DNA of 63,977 nucleotides, filler included. It is 8 parts of 8 records of this genome, joined end to end, with 100 filler letters (N's around TTAATTAATTAA, not from the genome) between each part and the next. Parts side by side here need not be neighbours in the genome. Positions count along the whole stretch, not along the records: positions 6,449 to 12,074 come from SRR31156797_3724; positions 12,175 to 17,317 come from SRR31156797_3726; positions 17,418 to 28,919 come from SRR31156797_3731; 5 more parts are not named here. The stretch is one strand, 5' to 3'. Position 1 is the stretch's first letter. Every line of letters starts with the position of its first letter. This document shows, one piece after another, positions 9,540 to 18,492 of this stretch. The notes below the pieces were generated by a model, which worked only from the letters and a program-made list of their open reading frames with translations, did not search any database and was not told the DNA's origin. Position numbers and translations under genes: made by a program.

Positions 9540-10316
9540 CTAGACGGCAAGGGTTTCCGCCATCGGCCGGATTCGGGCCCCCGCGCGTTCCAGGCCCTCG
9601 CGAATCAGCCGCGCCATGGTGACGGCGGCCGGGTTGTCGCCGTGCACGCAGATGGTATCGATGGCGACCGGGATCTTCTTGCCGCTGACGCTGGTGACGG
9701 CACCCTCGTCGATCATCCGCAGGACCCGGGGAACGGCGACATTGGGATCGTGGATGACCGATCCTTCGATCTTGCGCGAAACCAGATTGGCGTCGTCGTC
9801 ATAGGTGCGGTCGGCGAAGACCTCGTGGGCACAGCGCAGCCCGAACCCATCGGCGGCTTTTTCCAATTCGCTTCCGGACCTTGCCAGAAACAGCAAGGTG
9901 GGATCGATCGCCTTGACGGCACGGGCACAGGCCACGGCGATGTCGGCGTCTTGTTCCGCCATGTTGTTGAGCGCGCCGTGCGCTTTGAAATGCGACACCC
10001 GCATGCCCAGCGAATGGGCGACGCCCTGGATGGCACCGATCTGGTAGATCAGCATTTTCTCCAGGTCTTCGGGCCGGTCGCCGTGGATCTGCCGCCGCCC
10101 GAAGCCCCACAGATCGTTGAAGCCGGGATGGGCGCCGACACCGACGGATTTTTCCTTGGCCAGTTGCAGGGTCTTGTGCATGACAAGCGGATCGCCGCCG
10201 TGGAAACCGCAGGCGATATTGGCGGAACTGACGATATCGAGCATTTCCGCGTCGTTGCCGATGATATAGGCGCCGAAGCTTTCACCAAGATCCGAATTCA
10301 GATCGACAACATCCAT
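9540..10316 (-). CDS. pxpA: 5-oxoprolinase subunit A (LamB/YcsF)
   Basis: DLNSDLGESFG, SANIACGFHGGDP, GAHPG, KAHGALNN, EVFADRTY, TICVHGD. Confidence 0.93.
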   Translation of the reverse strand: MDVVDLNSDLGESFGAYIIGNDAEMLDIVSSANIACGFHGGDPLVMHKTLQLAKEKSVGVGAHPGFNDLWGFGRRQIHGDRPEDLEKMLIYQIGAIQGVAHSLGMRVSHFKAHGALNNMAEQDADIAVACARAVKAIDPTLLFLARSGSELEKAADGFGLRCAHEVFADRTYDDDANLVSRKIEGSVIHDPNVAVPRVLRMIDEGAVTSVSGKKIPVAIDTICVHGDNPAAVTMARLIREGLERAGARIRPMAETLAV

Positions 10317-10509
10317 GCCCTTTATCCTCCGTTCCTACGTCAAGTTTTTTTCAATAGCATTTTGAACGCTCAAGCGAAAGCGGGCGGCCGGAACCGGCGC
10401 CCCTGGCAGGATCACCCGCCATGAGCAATTGAAAGGATTGCGCAAATACGATTAGATACCGGCGGCGGCTAATGCGGCTTCGGCGGCGCAAATTAGGGGA
10501 GCAATCGAT

Positions 10510-11244
10510 ATGTCCGGGCTTTATCCAACGCCCCGTTTCCTGCCGGCCGGAGACGGCGCCGTGACCATCGAGATTGCCGATGCTATCGCACCCGACATCA
10601 ACGACATGATCGTCACCATCGACCGCCGCATCGGCGAAGCCGCCATCGACGGGGTCATCGAAACCATCCCGACGTACCGCTCGATCCAGGTCGTCTACGA
10701 CCCGGCGATCATCCGGTTTGCCGACCTGGTGCCGTTGCTGAGCGCGCTGATACCCCGCGAGCATGAGCCATCCGGCAAACGAAACAGATGGCGCATCCCG
10801 GTGAACTACGGCGGTGAAAACGGTATCGATCTGGACTATGTCGCCTCTATTCACGACCTGACGACGCGCGAAGTCATCGAATTCCACTCGGCCGGCGAAT
10901 ACCGGGTCTACATGATCGGATTCATGCCCGGCTTGGCCTATCTGGGCGGTCTGGACCAGGGCCTGCACACTCCCAGACGCGAAATCCCGCGCACGGCGAC
11001 ACCGGCGAGCAGCGTGGCCATCGGCGGCATACAGGCGGCAATATTCTCGATTCCCGCGCCCAGCGGCTGGCATCTGTTGGGTAGAACACCGGTCCGGCCG
11101 TTCGATATCAAACGCAAAAACCCCTTCCTGATGGAAATCGGCGACCTCGTCCATTTCGAGCCCATCGACAGGCCGGAATTCGACCGGCTGGACGCCCTTG
11201 CCGACAAGGGAGAGATCGTCGCCGAATGCGAGTCGGTCGGTTGA
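10510..11244 (+). CDS. pxpB: 5-oxoprolinase subunit B (KipI / allophanate hydrolase subunit 1)
   Basis: AGDGA, PTYRS, IPVNYGG...DLD, YMIGFMPGLAYLG, PSGWHLLGRTP. Confidence 0.92.
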   Translation: MSGLYPTPRFLPAGDGAVTIEIADAIAPDINDMIVTIDRRIGEAAIDGVIETIPTYRSIQVVYDPAIIRFADLVPLLSALIPREHEPSGKRNRWRIPVNYGGENGIDLDYVASIHDLTTREVIEFHSAGEYRVYMIGFMPGLAYLGGLDQGLHTPRREIPRTATPASSVAIGGIQAAIFSIPAPSGWHLLGRTPVRPFDIKRKNPFLMEIGDLVHFEPIDRPEFDRLDALADKGEIVAECESVG

Positions 11245-11299
11245 CCGATGGATCGGTTTGCCCGCCCGGCAAGCGCCACCCGACCGGAGAAATGAAAGC

Positions 11300-11764
11300 A
11301 TGGCAAAGGAAATCGAACGCAAATTCCTGGTGATCGGCGATGCCTGGCGCGATCTGGCCGAGGGAAAGGTCTATCGCCAGGGGTATCTGTCGACGGTGAA
11401 GGAACGCACGGTACGCGTCCGCACCATCGACGAGGCTGCGTTTTTGACCATCAAGGGCGTCTCGGTCGGCATGACCCGAAGCGAATACGAGTACGAGATC
11501 CCAGCCGCCGATGCCGCCGAATTGCTGGACGATCTGTGCGAAAAACCGATCATCGAAAAGACCCGATACAAGATCCCCTACGCGGGCTTTATCTGGGAAG
11601 TCGACGAATTCGCCGGTGTCAATGCCGGCCTGATCGTCGCCGAAATCGAATTGGCGGACGAGGGCCAGGAATTCACGAAACCGGACTGGATCGGCCGCGA
11701 GGTCAGCGACGATGAGCGTTATTTCAACGCCAACCTGATCGCCCATCCGTTCGCGAACTGGTGA
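11300..11764 (+). CDS. CYTH domain protein
   Basis: MAKEIERKFLV, QGYL, VRVR, RSEYEY, WEVDEF, VAEIEL. Confidence 0.92.
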   Translation: MAKEIERKFLVIGDAWRDLAEGKVYRQGYLSTVKERTVRVRTIDEAAFLTIKGVSVGMTRSEYEYEIPAADAAELLDDLCEKPIIEKTRYKIPYAGFIWEVDEFAGVNAGLIVAEIELADEGQEFTKPDWIGREVSDDERYFNANLIAHPFANW

Positions 11765-11780
11765 ACCGCCCGCCCCTTCC

Positions 11781-12074
11781 CTAATCGCAAACCGTCGTCA
11801 GGATGCCGGAATCGGCGGCAAGGTTTTCCCAGACGGCGTCTTTCGGCAGACCGCGGTCGTCAAGTTCGCTGCCGGCCCCGACGATGGTGTGACGTCGGTC
11901 TTTGCAATCGACCAGGTGGTTGGCCCGCAAGGTATCGGACCAGCGGCGGATCAACGCCAACTCGGCGATCGGGAATCCGGGCATCTCGGCGTTATGGCGG
12001 ATGCGACTGGTGTCGACCACGACCAGCGCCTCGACCCGCGGCACCAGCAGGGTCCAGGGTTGCCAGAAGACGGT
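11781..12074 (-). CDS. hypothetical protein C-terminus (5'-partial)
   Basis: Frame open to the contig edge (TVFWQPWTLLVPRVEAL...TTVCD*); converges on the CYTH gene. Confidence 0.5.
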   Translation of the reverse strand, partial: TVFWQPWTLLVPRVEALVVVDTSRIRHNAEMPGFPIAELALIRRWSDTLRANHLVDCKDRRHTIVGAGSELDDRGLPKDAVWENLAADSGILTTVCD

Positions 12075-12174
12075 NNNNNNNNNNNNNNNNNNNNNNNNNN
12101 NNNNNNNNNNNNNNNNNNTTAATTAATTAANNNNNNNNNNNNNNNNNNNNNNNNNNNNNNNNNNNNNNNNNNNN
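12075..12174. other. artificial contig spacer
   Basis: N44-TTAATTAATTAA-N44. Confidence 0.99.
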
Positions 12175-12377
12175 CTGTTGGGCAAATAGAGGATTACCCG
12201 CTCCCCTTCCGCCACGCCGGCTTTTTTTAATGAACCGGCAAAATTTTCGGCCAGGGTCAGAATGATTTTGTAGGTAAAGCGCGTGCCCAGGTAGATGATG
12301 GCCGTTTTGTCGGTGTTTTCCCTGGCAGCTGCGGCAAAGGCTTCAAAAATATTTCCGTCGGGGTTCAGTGGGGTCAT
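12175..12377 (-). CDS. AMP-binding / long-chain acyl-CoA ligase N-terminus (3'-partial)
   Basis: DKTAIIYLGTRFTY...GVAEGERVILYLPN. Confidence 0.8.
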
Positions 12378-12397
12378 GGTTAATACCGTCTTAAATG

Positions 12398-12460
12398 AGC
12401 TGTTAGCTTTTAGCTGTTAGTTTAGGGTGTTTTTCATCTAATAGCTAACGGCTAATGGCT
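12398..12460. repeat. intergenic heptamer repeats in inverted arrangement
   Basis: agctgtt-agctttt-agctgtt-ag ... ctaatag-ctaacgg-ctaatgg-ct. Confidence 0.55.
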
Positions 12461-12464
12461 TTTC

Positions 12465-13226
12465 TTAAATACCAAAATAGGCGGCTTTGACTTCCGGGTT
12501 GTCCATCAATTCCGATCCTGTGCCCGTTAACGTCAACATGCCGTTTTCAATAATATACCCGAAATCGATCATGGGGAGCACGGGCCGGGCGAACTGTTCG
12601 CTGATGACAACCGTGATGCCCGATTTCGCTTTCAAGCCCTTGATGGCGTCCACCAGCAGGTGCTGCATCATGGGGCTCAACCCCAGAAGGGGCTCATCCA
12701 AGAGAAGCAATTTGGGCCGGGGCGCCAGGGCCATGCCCACGGCCAGCATCTGTTGCTCACCGCCGCTCATGAAACCCGCCTTTCGGGACTTTAATGGAAC
12801 CAGGGCCGGAAACAGTTCAAAGACATCGGAAACGGTTTCCCGGATTTCAGAACGTTTCCGCAAATACCCCGCCATTCGGAGATTCTGCAATACGTCGCTT
12901 TCGGGAAAGATGGGATGCCGTTCCCGGCAGAGCACGATCCCCTTTTTGACCCGCTCGCTGGGTCGGGTCAAGGTGATGTCCTCCCCGTTGAAGGAGACCT
13001 TCCCGTAGACGGTGATCCGTTCGCCCCCCCTCCGTTTCTCCTTGATGCGCATATCGATGATGAGTCCCGACAGGGTGTTCATCAACGTGGTTTTTCCGGC
13101 GCTGTTGCTCCCGATGACCCCCACCACCTGGCCCTCACGCACTTCCATGCTGAAATCGTTTAAGGCCAGGGCGTTTTCAAAAAAGACCATCAGGTTTTGA
13201 ACGTCAAGCATTTCGTTTCCTTTCAC
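12465..13226 (-). CDS. livF: branched-chain amino acid-type ABC transporter ATPase (LivF-like)
   Basis: GSNSAGKTT, MSGGEQQM, LLLDEP. Confidence 0.9.
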   Translation of the reverse strand: MKGNEMLDVQNLMVFFENALALNDFSMEVREGQVVGVIGSNSAGKTTLMNTLSGLIIDMRIKEKRRGGERITVYGKVSFNGEDITLTRPSERVKKGIVLCRERHPIFPESDVLQNLRMAGYLRKRSEIRETVSDVFELFPALVPLKSRKAGFMSGGEQQMLAVGMALAPRPKLLLLDEPLLGLSPMMQHLLVDAIKGLKAKSGITVVISEQFARPVLPMIDFGYIIENGMLTLTGTGSELMDNPEVKAAYFGI

Positions 13227-13981
13227 TCCGCCTCGCTCCCCAGGTACGCTTCTTTTACGTCCGGGCTTTCCATGACATCTTTCGCCTGACCCTCGGCAAT
13301 CTTCCGGCCGTAATTGAGCACCATCACCCGGTCGGCGATGCGGAACAGCTCCTTTAACCGGTGTTCAATCATGATAATGGTTTTGCCCTGGTGTTTGAGC
13401 TTTTCGATGATGGGCACAATGCCGGCCACCTCCGCCAGGCTGAGGCCGGAAAAGAGCTCGTCCAGGATAATGAGATCCGGACGAAGGGCCATTGATTTGG
13501 CCAGTTCCAGCCGTTTCAGATACCCCTGGGGCAGGGCCCCCGCTTTCTTGTAGCTCACGTGGGCGTCCCGTTCAAAACCCACCTCTTCCAGCAGGTCCAG
13601 GGCCACCGCGTCCCGGTTCCCGTATTTGCCCCCGGCCAGTTTTTTGACCCGGGGGGAATAGAGCGGCACGATGAGGTTCTTGTAGGCCGGCAGCTGGTAA
13701 AAGGGCCGCACCATCTGGAAAGTTCGGGAAATCCCCTCTCCTACCACCTTGTAGGGGGGCCAGCCGGTAATGTCTTTCCCCCTAAATTCGATGCTACCCG
13801 CCGTCGGCTTCACAAACCCCGTGATGAGGTTCACCAGGGTGGTTTTCCCGCTTCCGTTGGGTCCGATAACCCCCAGAAGCTGTCCTTCCTGAAGATCGAA
13901 ATCCATGTTTGAAACAGCGGTCACACCACCGAATGTTTTGGTTAGGTTGCTTGCCCTGAGCAAGGGCGCAGACTCGGTCAT
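13223..13981 (-). CDS. livG: branched-chain amino acid-type ABC transporter ATPase (LivG-like)
   Basis: FGGVTAV, GPNGSGKTT, ISRTFQ, IILDE, VKEAYLG. Confidence 0.9.
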   Translation of the reverse strand: MTESAPLLRASNLTKTFGGVTAVSNMDFDLQEGQLLGVIGPNGSGKTTLVNLITGFVKPTAGSIEFRGKDITGWPPYKVVGEGISRTFQMVRPFYQLPAYKNLIVPLYSPRVKKLAGGKYGNRDAVALDLLEEVGFERDAHVSYKKAGALPQGYLKRLELAKSMALRPDLIILDELFSGLSLAEVAGIVPIIEKLKHQGKTIIMIEHRLKELFRIADRVMVLNYGRKIAEGQAKDVMESPDVKEAYLGSEAE

Positions 13982-14979
13982 GATACGTCCACCCATCTTT
14001 CCATTTGCTGATATTTCCTCTGGATATAGGCAAAAATCCCCTCGGGAATGCCCACCACGAAGACCACCAGGAACAGTCCGTAAAATACGATCCTGAGAGC
14101 GCCTAAGGCCCGCAGCATTTCAGAGAGCGGCACCAGAATAAAGGCCCCGATCAAGGGACCTGCGAAGGTCCCTACCCCGCCCACCACGGCGGCGGCCACC
14201 GGCATGATGGAATAGTCCAGGGCAAATCCCGGCATGCCCGCGAACATATCCATGTGAGTACCGAAAGCGCCCGCGAAACACCCCACGGACGACCCCAGAA
14301 AGAGAACCTGGGCCTTGTACCGGTAGATGTTGAGTCCCGCGCTCATGACGGAACGGTCATTATCGCTGATCCCCTTGATCACCAGGCCGTAATCGGAGCC
14401 CATGATCCGCCGGAATCCGAAGAGCGCCGCCAGAAGCGCCAGTTGAATAATAAAGAGGGCCGTCAACTGGTTGGGGAAAGGAGTAAGTCCTGTCAGCCCT
14501 TCCGTCCCCCCCAGGATCCGCGTGGCCTCCACCAGCCGGCTCAGCATGAGGGGCACCACCAGGGTTACCATGGCGAAATAGATCCCCCGAAGCCTTAAAA
14601 CGGGCAGCAGGAGGAGTGTGCAGAGCAATCCCCCCAGAATGGTGGCAATGGGCATGGTCAAAATGGGGGGCAATCCCGCATAATAGTTGAGGGAGCCGGC
14701 CAGGTACGATCCGATCCCGAAGAAAAGGGACTGGCCCAGGGAGAGGAGCCCGGCACACATGAGCATATCCCAGCTCATGGCCAGAAGGGCGTAGATGGCC
14801 GTCGAGATAATCACTTCCCGCCAGTAATCGCTGAGCATGGGCGAAAAACAGAGGAGGGCCGCCACGGGAATGGCCCCGGGAATGATTAGGTAGAGCATTT
14901 CCCGGTAGCTTGTGAGGGCGAATATGTCCGCCGAGCGGGCTTTCACGCCCCGATCGATTCTTTCTTTGCGCCTGTTCAT
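13978..14979 (-). CDS. livM: branched-chain amino acid-type ABC permease (LivM-like)
   Basis: LSLGQSLFFGIGSY, LRLRGIYFAMVT, GGTEG, VVGGVGT. Real start MNRRKE at 14979; the longer ORF overlaps livH. Confidence 0.88.
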   Translation of the reverse strand: MNRRKERIDRGVKARSADIFALTSYREMLYLIIPGAIPVAALLCFSPMLSDYWREVIISTAIYALLAMSWDMLMCAGLLSLGQSLFFGIGSYLAGSLNYYAGLPPILTMPIATILGGLLCTLLLLPVLRLRGIYFAMVTLVVPLMLSRLVEATRILGGTEGLTGLTPFPNQLTALFIIQLALLAALFGFRRIMGSDYGLVIKGISDNDRSVMSAGLNIYRYKAQVLFLGSSVGCFAGAFGTHMDMFAGMPGFALDYSIMPVAAAVVGGVGTFAGPLIGAFILVPLSEMLRALGALRIVFYGLFLVVFVVGIPEGIFAYIQRKYQQMERWVDVS

Positions 14980-14987
14980 AATTTTGA

Positions 14988-15860
14988 CTATATTCTCTCT
15001 TCCAGTTCTTTTTGATGGCTGAAAAGCCCGGACGGCTTCACGATCAGCACGACGGCGATGGCGATGAGACTCACCAGCATCATCCAGTGCGGTTCCAGGT
15101 AATTGGCCGTAAAGGTCTGGGAGTACCCGATGAGCACGCTGGCCACCAGGATCCCCACGGTGCTGCCCAACCCCCCCACGATGCATACGGCCAGGGCGTT
15201 GATGAGCACCTCATACCCCCCTTCCACCGCAATGGTCCCCAGCGGCAGGATCACAACGGCCGCAATGGCCGCCAGGGCGCAACCCAGGGCCATGCTCAGG
15301 GCACCCACCAGGTCGGCATCGATACCGAAGGTGAGTGCCGTGCGCTCGTCCTGGGCAATGGCCCTGAAAGCGAGCCCCGTCCGGGTGTGGTTGGTAAAGA
15401 GGTACAGGCACAGGGTCAAGGCCACGGCAATGAGGCCGATAATCATCCGCTGGTAGTCGATGTACACGTCCCCCAGACTGAAGCTGCCGTCGATAAAGAC
15501 AGGGAGGGTGTAGCGAAACCCCACGAAATCGAAATACCGGAACAGCTCCATGATGGCCAGGCCAAGGCCGAATGTGGCCATGACCTCCGACAGGGGCATC
15601 CCCTTGATTCTCAGGATCACCCCGTAGTAGATGGCCAGCCCCATGAGCGCCGCCAGCAGGATGGCGATCAAAACGGCAAGCAGGTAAGGGATCCCAAGGG
15701 TATTTAGGAGGATCCATACGGAAAATCCGGAGAAAATGTAGACGGCACCGTAGGCGAAGTTGGCCACCCCGCTGATGCCGAATGTCAGGTTGAACCCCAT
15801 GGCCAGGAGGGCCAGGATGGCGCTGTTGACAAAACCGTAGATAAGGGTACCTAAAAGCAT
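14988..15860 (-). CDS. livH: branched-chain amino acid-type ABC permease (LivH-like)
   Basis: LAMGFNLTFGISGVANFAYG, TRTGLAFRAIAQD, IVGGLGS, KPSGLF. Confidence 0.9.
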   Translation of the reverse strand: MLLGTLIYGFVNSAILALLAMGFNLTFGISGVANFAYGAVYIFSGFSVWILLNTLGIPYLLAVLIAILLAALMGLAIYYGVILRIKGMPLSEVMATFGLGLAIMELFRYFDFVGFRYTLPVFIDGSFSLGDVYIDYQRMIIGLIAVALTLCLYLFTNHTRTGLAFRAIAQDERTALTFGIDADLVGALSMALGCALAAIAAVVILPLGTIAVEGGYEVLINALAVCIVGGLGSTVGILVASVLIGYSQTFTANYLEPHWMMLVSLIAIAVVLIVKPSGLFSHQKELEERI

Positions 15861-15913
15861 GGAAATCCTGCCTGTAAAAGGTTTAAGGTATATGGGTTTA
15901 AAGTGTTCTCAAC

Positions 15914-15943
15914 CCCGTTCCCACGCCGGAACGTGGGAACGGG
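15914..15943. repeat. perfect 12-bp hairpin (REP-like) between the binding-protein and permease genes
   Basis: cccgttcccacg-ccggaa-cgtgggaacggg. Confidence 0.7.
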
Positions 15944-15970
15944 AGACCGGGTGTTATGAAAATTAAATCG

Positions 15971-17248
15971 TTATTTCAAACTCTTGAGACCTTCGGGCAA
16001 TTGGATCTTGGCTTCCGCAACGGACGGGGGATAGACGATGACCCGTTTTCCGGGCTCGCGCCACTGGATCATACACCCCAGGGCTTCCACTTCCGGGTTG
16101 TTGCCGTAGATCACCTGGTGGTCCTTGCCGAACTTGATACGGCCCATGGCGCCCTGGCGGTCGGTTTTTTCAAGCGCCGCCACCACCTTGTCGCCGTTGA
16201 CGCTTCCTGCCCGTTCAATGGCCTCTTTCAGCATATACACCATCTCGTAGGCCGGGGCCGGGGAATGGCCCGCTTCAATGGGCTTGCCGTATTTTTTCCG
16301 GTATTTTTCGTAGAACTCCACGGATTTGGGAACTTTCGGAACGGGCATGTTGCCGATTTCAAAGATGCAGTTCATGGCGCCCGCGATCTTTCCGTCAAAA
16401 AGTTTCCAGGCCCCGGGACCGGCAAGCGGCGAGATGAATCCGGCCATGAGCGCCGGGATGCGCATGGTTTTCCATTGTTTCACCAGGATTCCGCTCTGGG
16501 GCATGTCGAAAATGGGCAGGATCACCTGGGCACCCTTGGCTTTGGCTTTCATGAGGCCGGCGGAAAAGTCCGAGCTTCCAGTGGGATACTGCTGGCGGCC
16601 CACCACTTCCCATCCCATTTTTTCAAAGACCAGCTTGATCATGAGGTCCCCTGTTTTTCTGGCCCAGGCAACGTCCTGGTTCATGATGTAGACCTTGTTG
16701 AAGCCGAATTCCTTGTTGAGATAGGCCATGGTGCCGCCCAGGTATTTGATGAGATAGACCGCATTCAGGCAGGCCCTGAAAGTGTACTTGTATTTGTCGT
16801 AATCGGTGGTCACTTTTTTCTGCATGCCGGGGGACATGGCGGTTCCCAGAATCATGGGGATCTTGTGCTGTCCCACCACGTCCATGCAGGCGATGGCGCA
16901 CTCGGACCTGAATGATCCAAAGACGATGAAATCCGCCTTGTCTTCCAGGATCAGTTTTTTGTGGGCCCGGATGACATCGCTCACGGGAACGCCCGGTTCA
17001 GCACCCCTTGCATCGATGGCGACAACCTTGAAGGGGCGTGTTTCATTCCCCACCTTGACACCGCCCGCTTTATTGATTTCATCCACGGCCATATTGACGC
17101 AGGCAAGCCCTTCCTTCCCTTCAAGGAACCCGAGGGATGTGGGCACCCCCAGGATTATGGGTTTGGCGGCATGTGAACTTTGGACCGGGACCAGCAAAGC
17201 AACCAGTAAAAACATCACAACTGACAAAAAACAGACGCTCTTTTTCAT
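15971..17248 (-). CDS. ABC transporter substrate-binding protein (LivK family)
   Basis: Signal peptide MKKSVCFL...SHA, MAVDEINKAGGV, DFSAGLMKAK, QWREPGKRVIVYP; SD AGGAGG. Confidence 0.9.
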   Translation of the reverse strand: MKKSVCFLSVVMFLLVALLVPVQSSHAAKPIILGVPTSLGFLEGKEGLACVNMAVDEINKAGGVKVGNETRPFKVVAIDARGAEPGVPVSDVIRAHKKLILEDKADFIVFGSFRSECAIACMDVVGQHKIPMILGTAMSPGMQKKVTTDYDKYKYTFRACLNAVYLIKYLGGTMAYLNKEFGFNKVYIMNQDVAWARKTGDLMIKLVFEKMGWEVVGRQQYPTGSSDFSAGLMKAKAKGAQVILPIFDMPQSGILVKQWKTMRIPALMAGFISPLAGPGAWKLFDGKIAGAMNCIFEIGNMPVPKVPKSVEFYEKYRKKYGKPIEAGHSPAPAYEMVYMLKEAIERAGSVNGDKVVAALEKTDRQGAMGRIKFGKDHQVIYGNNPEVEALGCMIQWREPGKRVIVYPPSVAEAKIQLPEGLKSLK

Positions 17249-17317
17249 GGACTCCCTCCTCATCAATAAAAGATTGTGCGTATCAGTCAAGGACCCTTCG
17301 TCCTTTGATCAACTTTT

Positions 17318-17417
17318 NNNNNNNNNNNNNNNNNNNNNNNNNNNNNNNNNNNNNNNNNNNNTTAATTAATTAANNNNNNNNNNNNNNNNNNNNNNNNNNN
17401 NNNNNNNNNNNNNNNNN
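17318..17417. other. artificial contig spacer
   Basis: N44-TTAATTAATTAA-N44. Confidence 0.99.
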
Positions 17418-17458
17418 TAACCCGAAGGTCGTTGGTTCAAATCCAGCCCCCGCAACCA
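17418..17458 (+). tRNA. initiator tRNA-Met, 3' half (cut by the contig edge)
   Basis: TAACCCGAAGGTCGTTGGTTCAAATCCAGCCCCCGCAACCA: CCCG 3' anticodon-stem strand, TTCAAAT T-loop and CCCGCAACCA end, as in tRNA-fMet. Confidence 0.85.
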
Positions 17459-17468
17459 AACATATAAC

Positions 17469-17499
17469 GGGGCTTATGTGAAAGCATGAGCCCCTTTTT
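17469..17499 (+). terminator. intrinsic terminator after the tRNA
   Basis: gggcttatg-tgaaag-catgagccc followed by a T run. Confidence 0.8.
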
Positions 17500-17592
17500 G
17501 TTTCTAAGATCACCTCTCTCAACTGTAATGCATACATTCCGACAAAACTGTTACTGGTAATATCCGGACGTTATCATATATTAAACATTCTA

Positions 17593-18492
17593 ATGCAAAA
17601 AGGCGGAAACATAATGGGAACAGGGATGCTCTACTTTCTTTTGGTGCTCGGGATGATCAGCTGGGGGATGTCATGGATCTCGGCAAAATTGCTGACCGGC
17701 ATCGCAGAACCTGAGGTTCTTGTTTTCTGGCGATTTCTCATAACATGGGTGACATATATCCCGGTTATGTACATAATCCGCGAGAAATTCTCCATCAGCA
17801 CAAAAGGACTAATTACTGCGGCGCTCACAGCACTTCTTATGGTTTTATATAATGAGATGTTTTTCACAGGGCTTATAAACGGTCTCGCCGGCGCTGGCGG
17901 AGTGATGGTAACAACGCTAGTACCTATACTCACCTTCACAATAGGATGCATTATAACAATGAAAAGACCAAGCCTGAAGGACTCTTTCGGGCTTCTACTC
18001 GGTTTCTCAGGTGCATGCATAATTATGCAGATATGGCATCTCGATACTGCTCAGCTCTTTAAAAGCGGAAATATATATTTCCTCATTGCCGCTCTGACGT
18101 GGGCGACGCTCACACACCTGAGCACAAGAGCCAGAAACTATACATCAGCATATACTTTTACATTCTATCTCTTTCTCTTCACAACAGTATTCGACTACAT
18201 ACTTATATATTCCAAAGGTATGACGATCTCAGTAGTAGTTGATAATAACTTCATAATAAATATGGGGCTTCTAGCTGTTGGCGCTACAACATTCGGAACA
18301 ACTGTATACTTCCTCGCCACATCAAAACTTGGCGGTCAGAAAGCTAGCTCGTTCATATTCCTAGTGCCTTTGATAGCACTCACTTTCAGCTTTTTGATTC
18401 TGGATGAGCCAATAACTATAAACACAGTAGTGGGCGGGCTCTCTGCTATCACAGCGGTTTACATCATCAACCACCGCAAGCGCAAAGCCTAG
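17593..18492 (+). CDS. DMT/EamA family transporter
   Basis: About 10 transmembrane segments; WGMSWISAK, FWRF, FLVPLIAL, ILDEPIT. Confidence 0.88.
   Translation: MQKGGNIMGTGMLYFLLVLGMISWGMSWISAKLLTGIAEPEVLVFWRFLITWVTYIPVMYIIREKFSISTKGLITAALTALLMVLYNEMFFTGLINGLAGAGGVMVTTLVPILTFTIGCIITMKRPSLKDSFGLLLGFSGACIIMQIWHLDTAQLFKSGNIYFLIAALTWATLTHLSTRARNYTSAYTFTFYLFLFTTVFDYILIYSKGMTISVVVDNNFIINMGLLAVGATTFGTTVYFLATSKLGGQKASSFIFLVPLIALTFSFLILDEPITINTVVGGLSAITAVYIINHRKRKA

Noticed and set aside
7343-11322. Long opposite-strand ORFs (7343-8461, 9537-10424, 10351-11322)
   Set aside because: Antisense to the well-supported epimerase, pxpA and pxpB genes.
17418-17458. tRNA-fMet half as an att site
   Set aside because: It is truncated by the contig edge and followed by a normal terminator and housekeeping genes, unlike the tRNA-Lys fragment at 57040.
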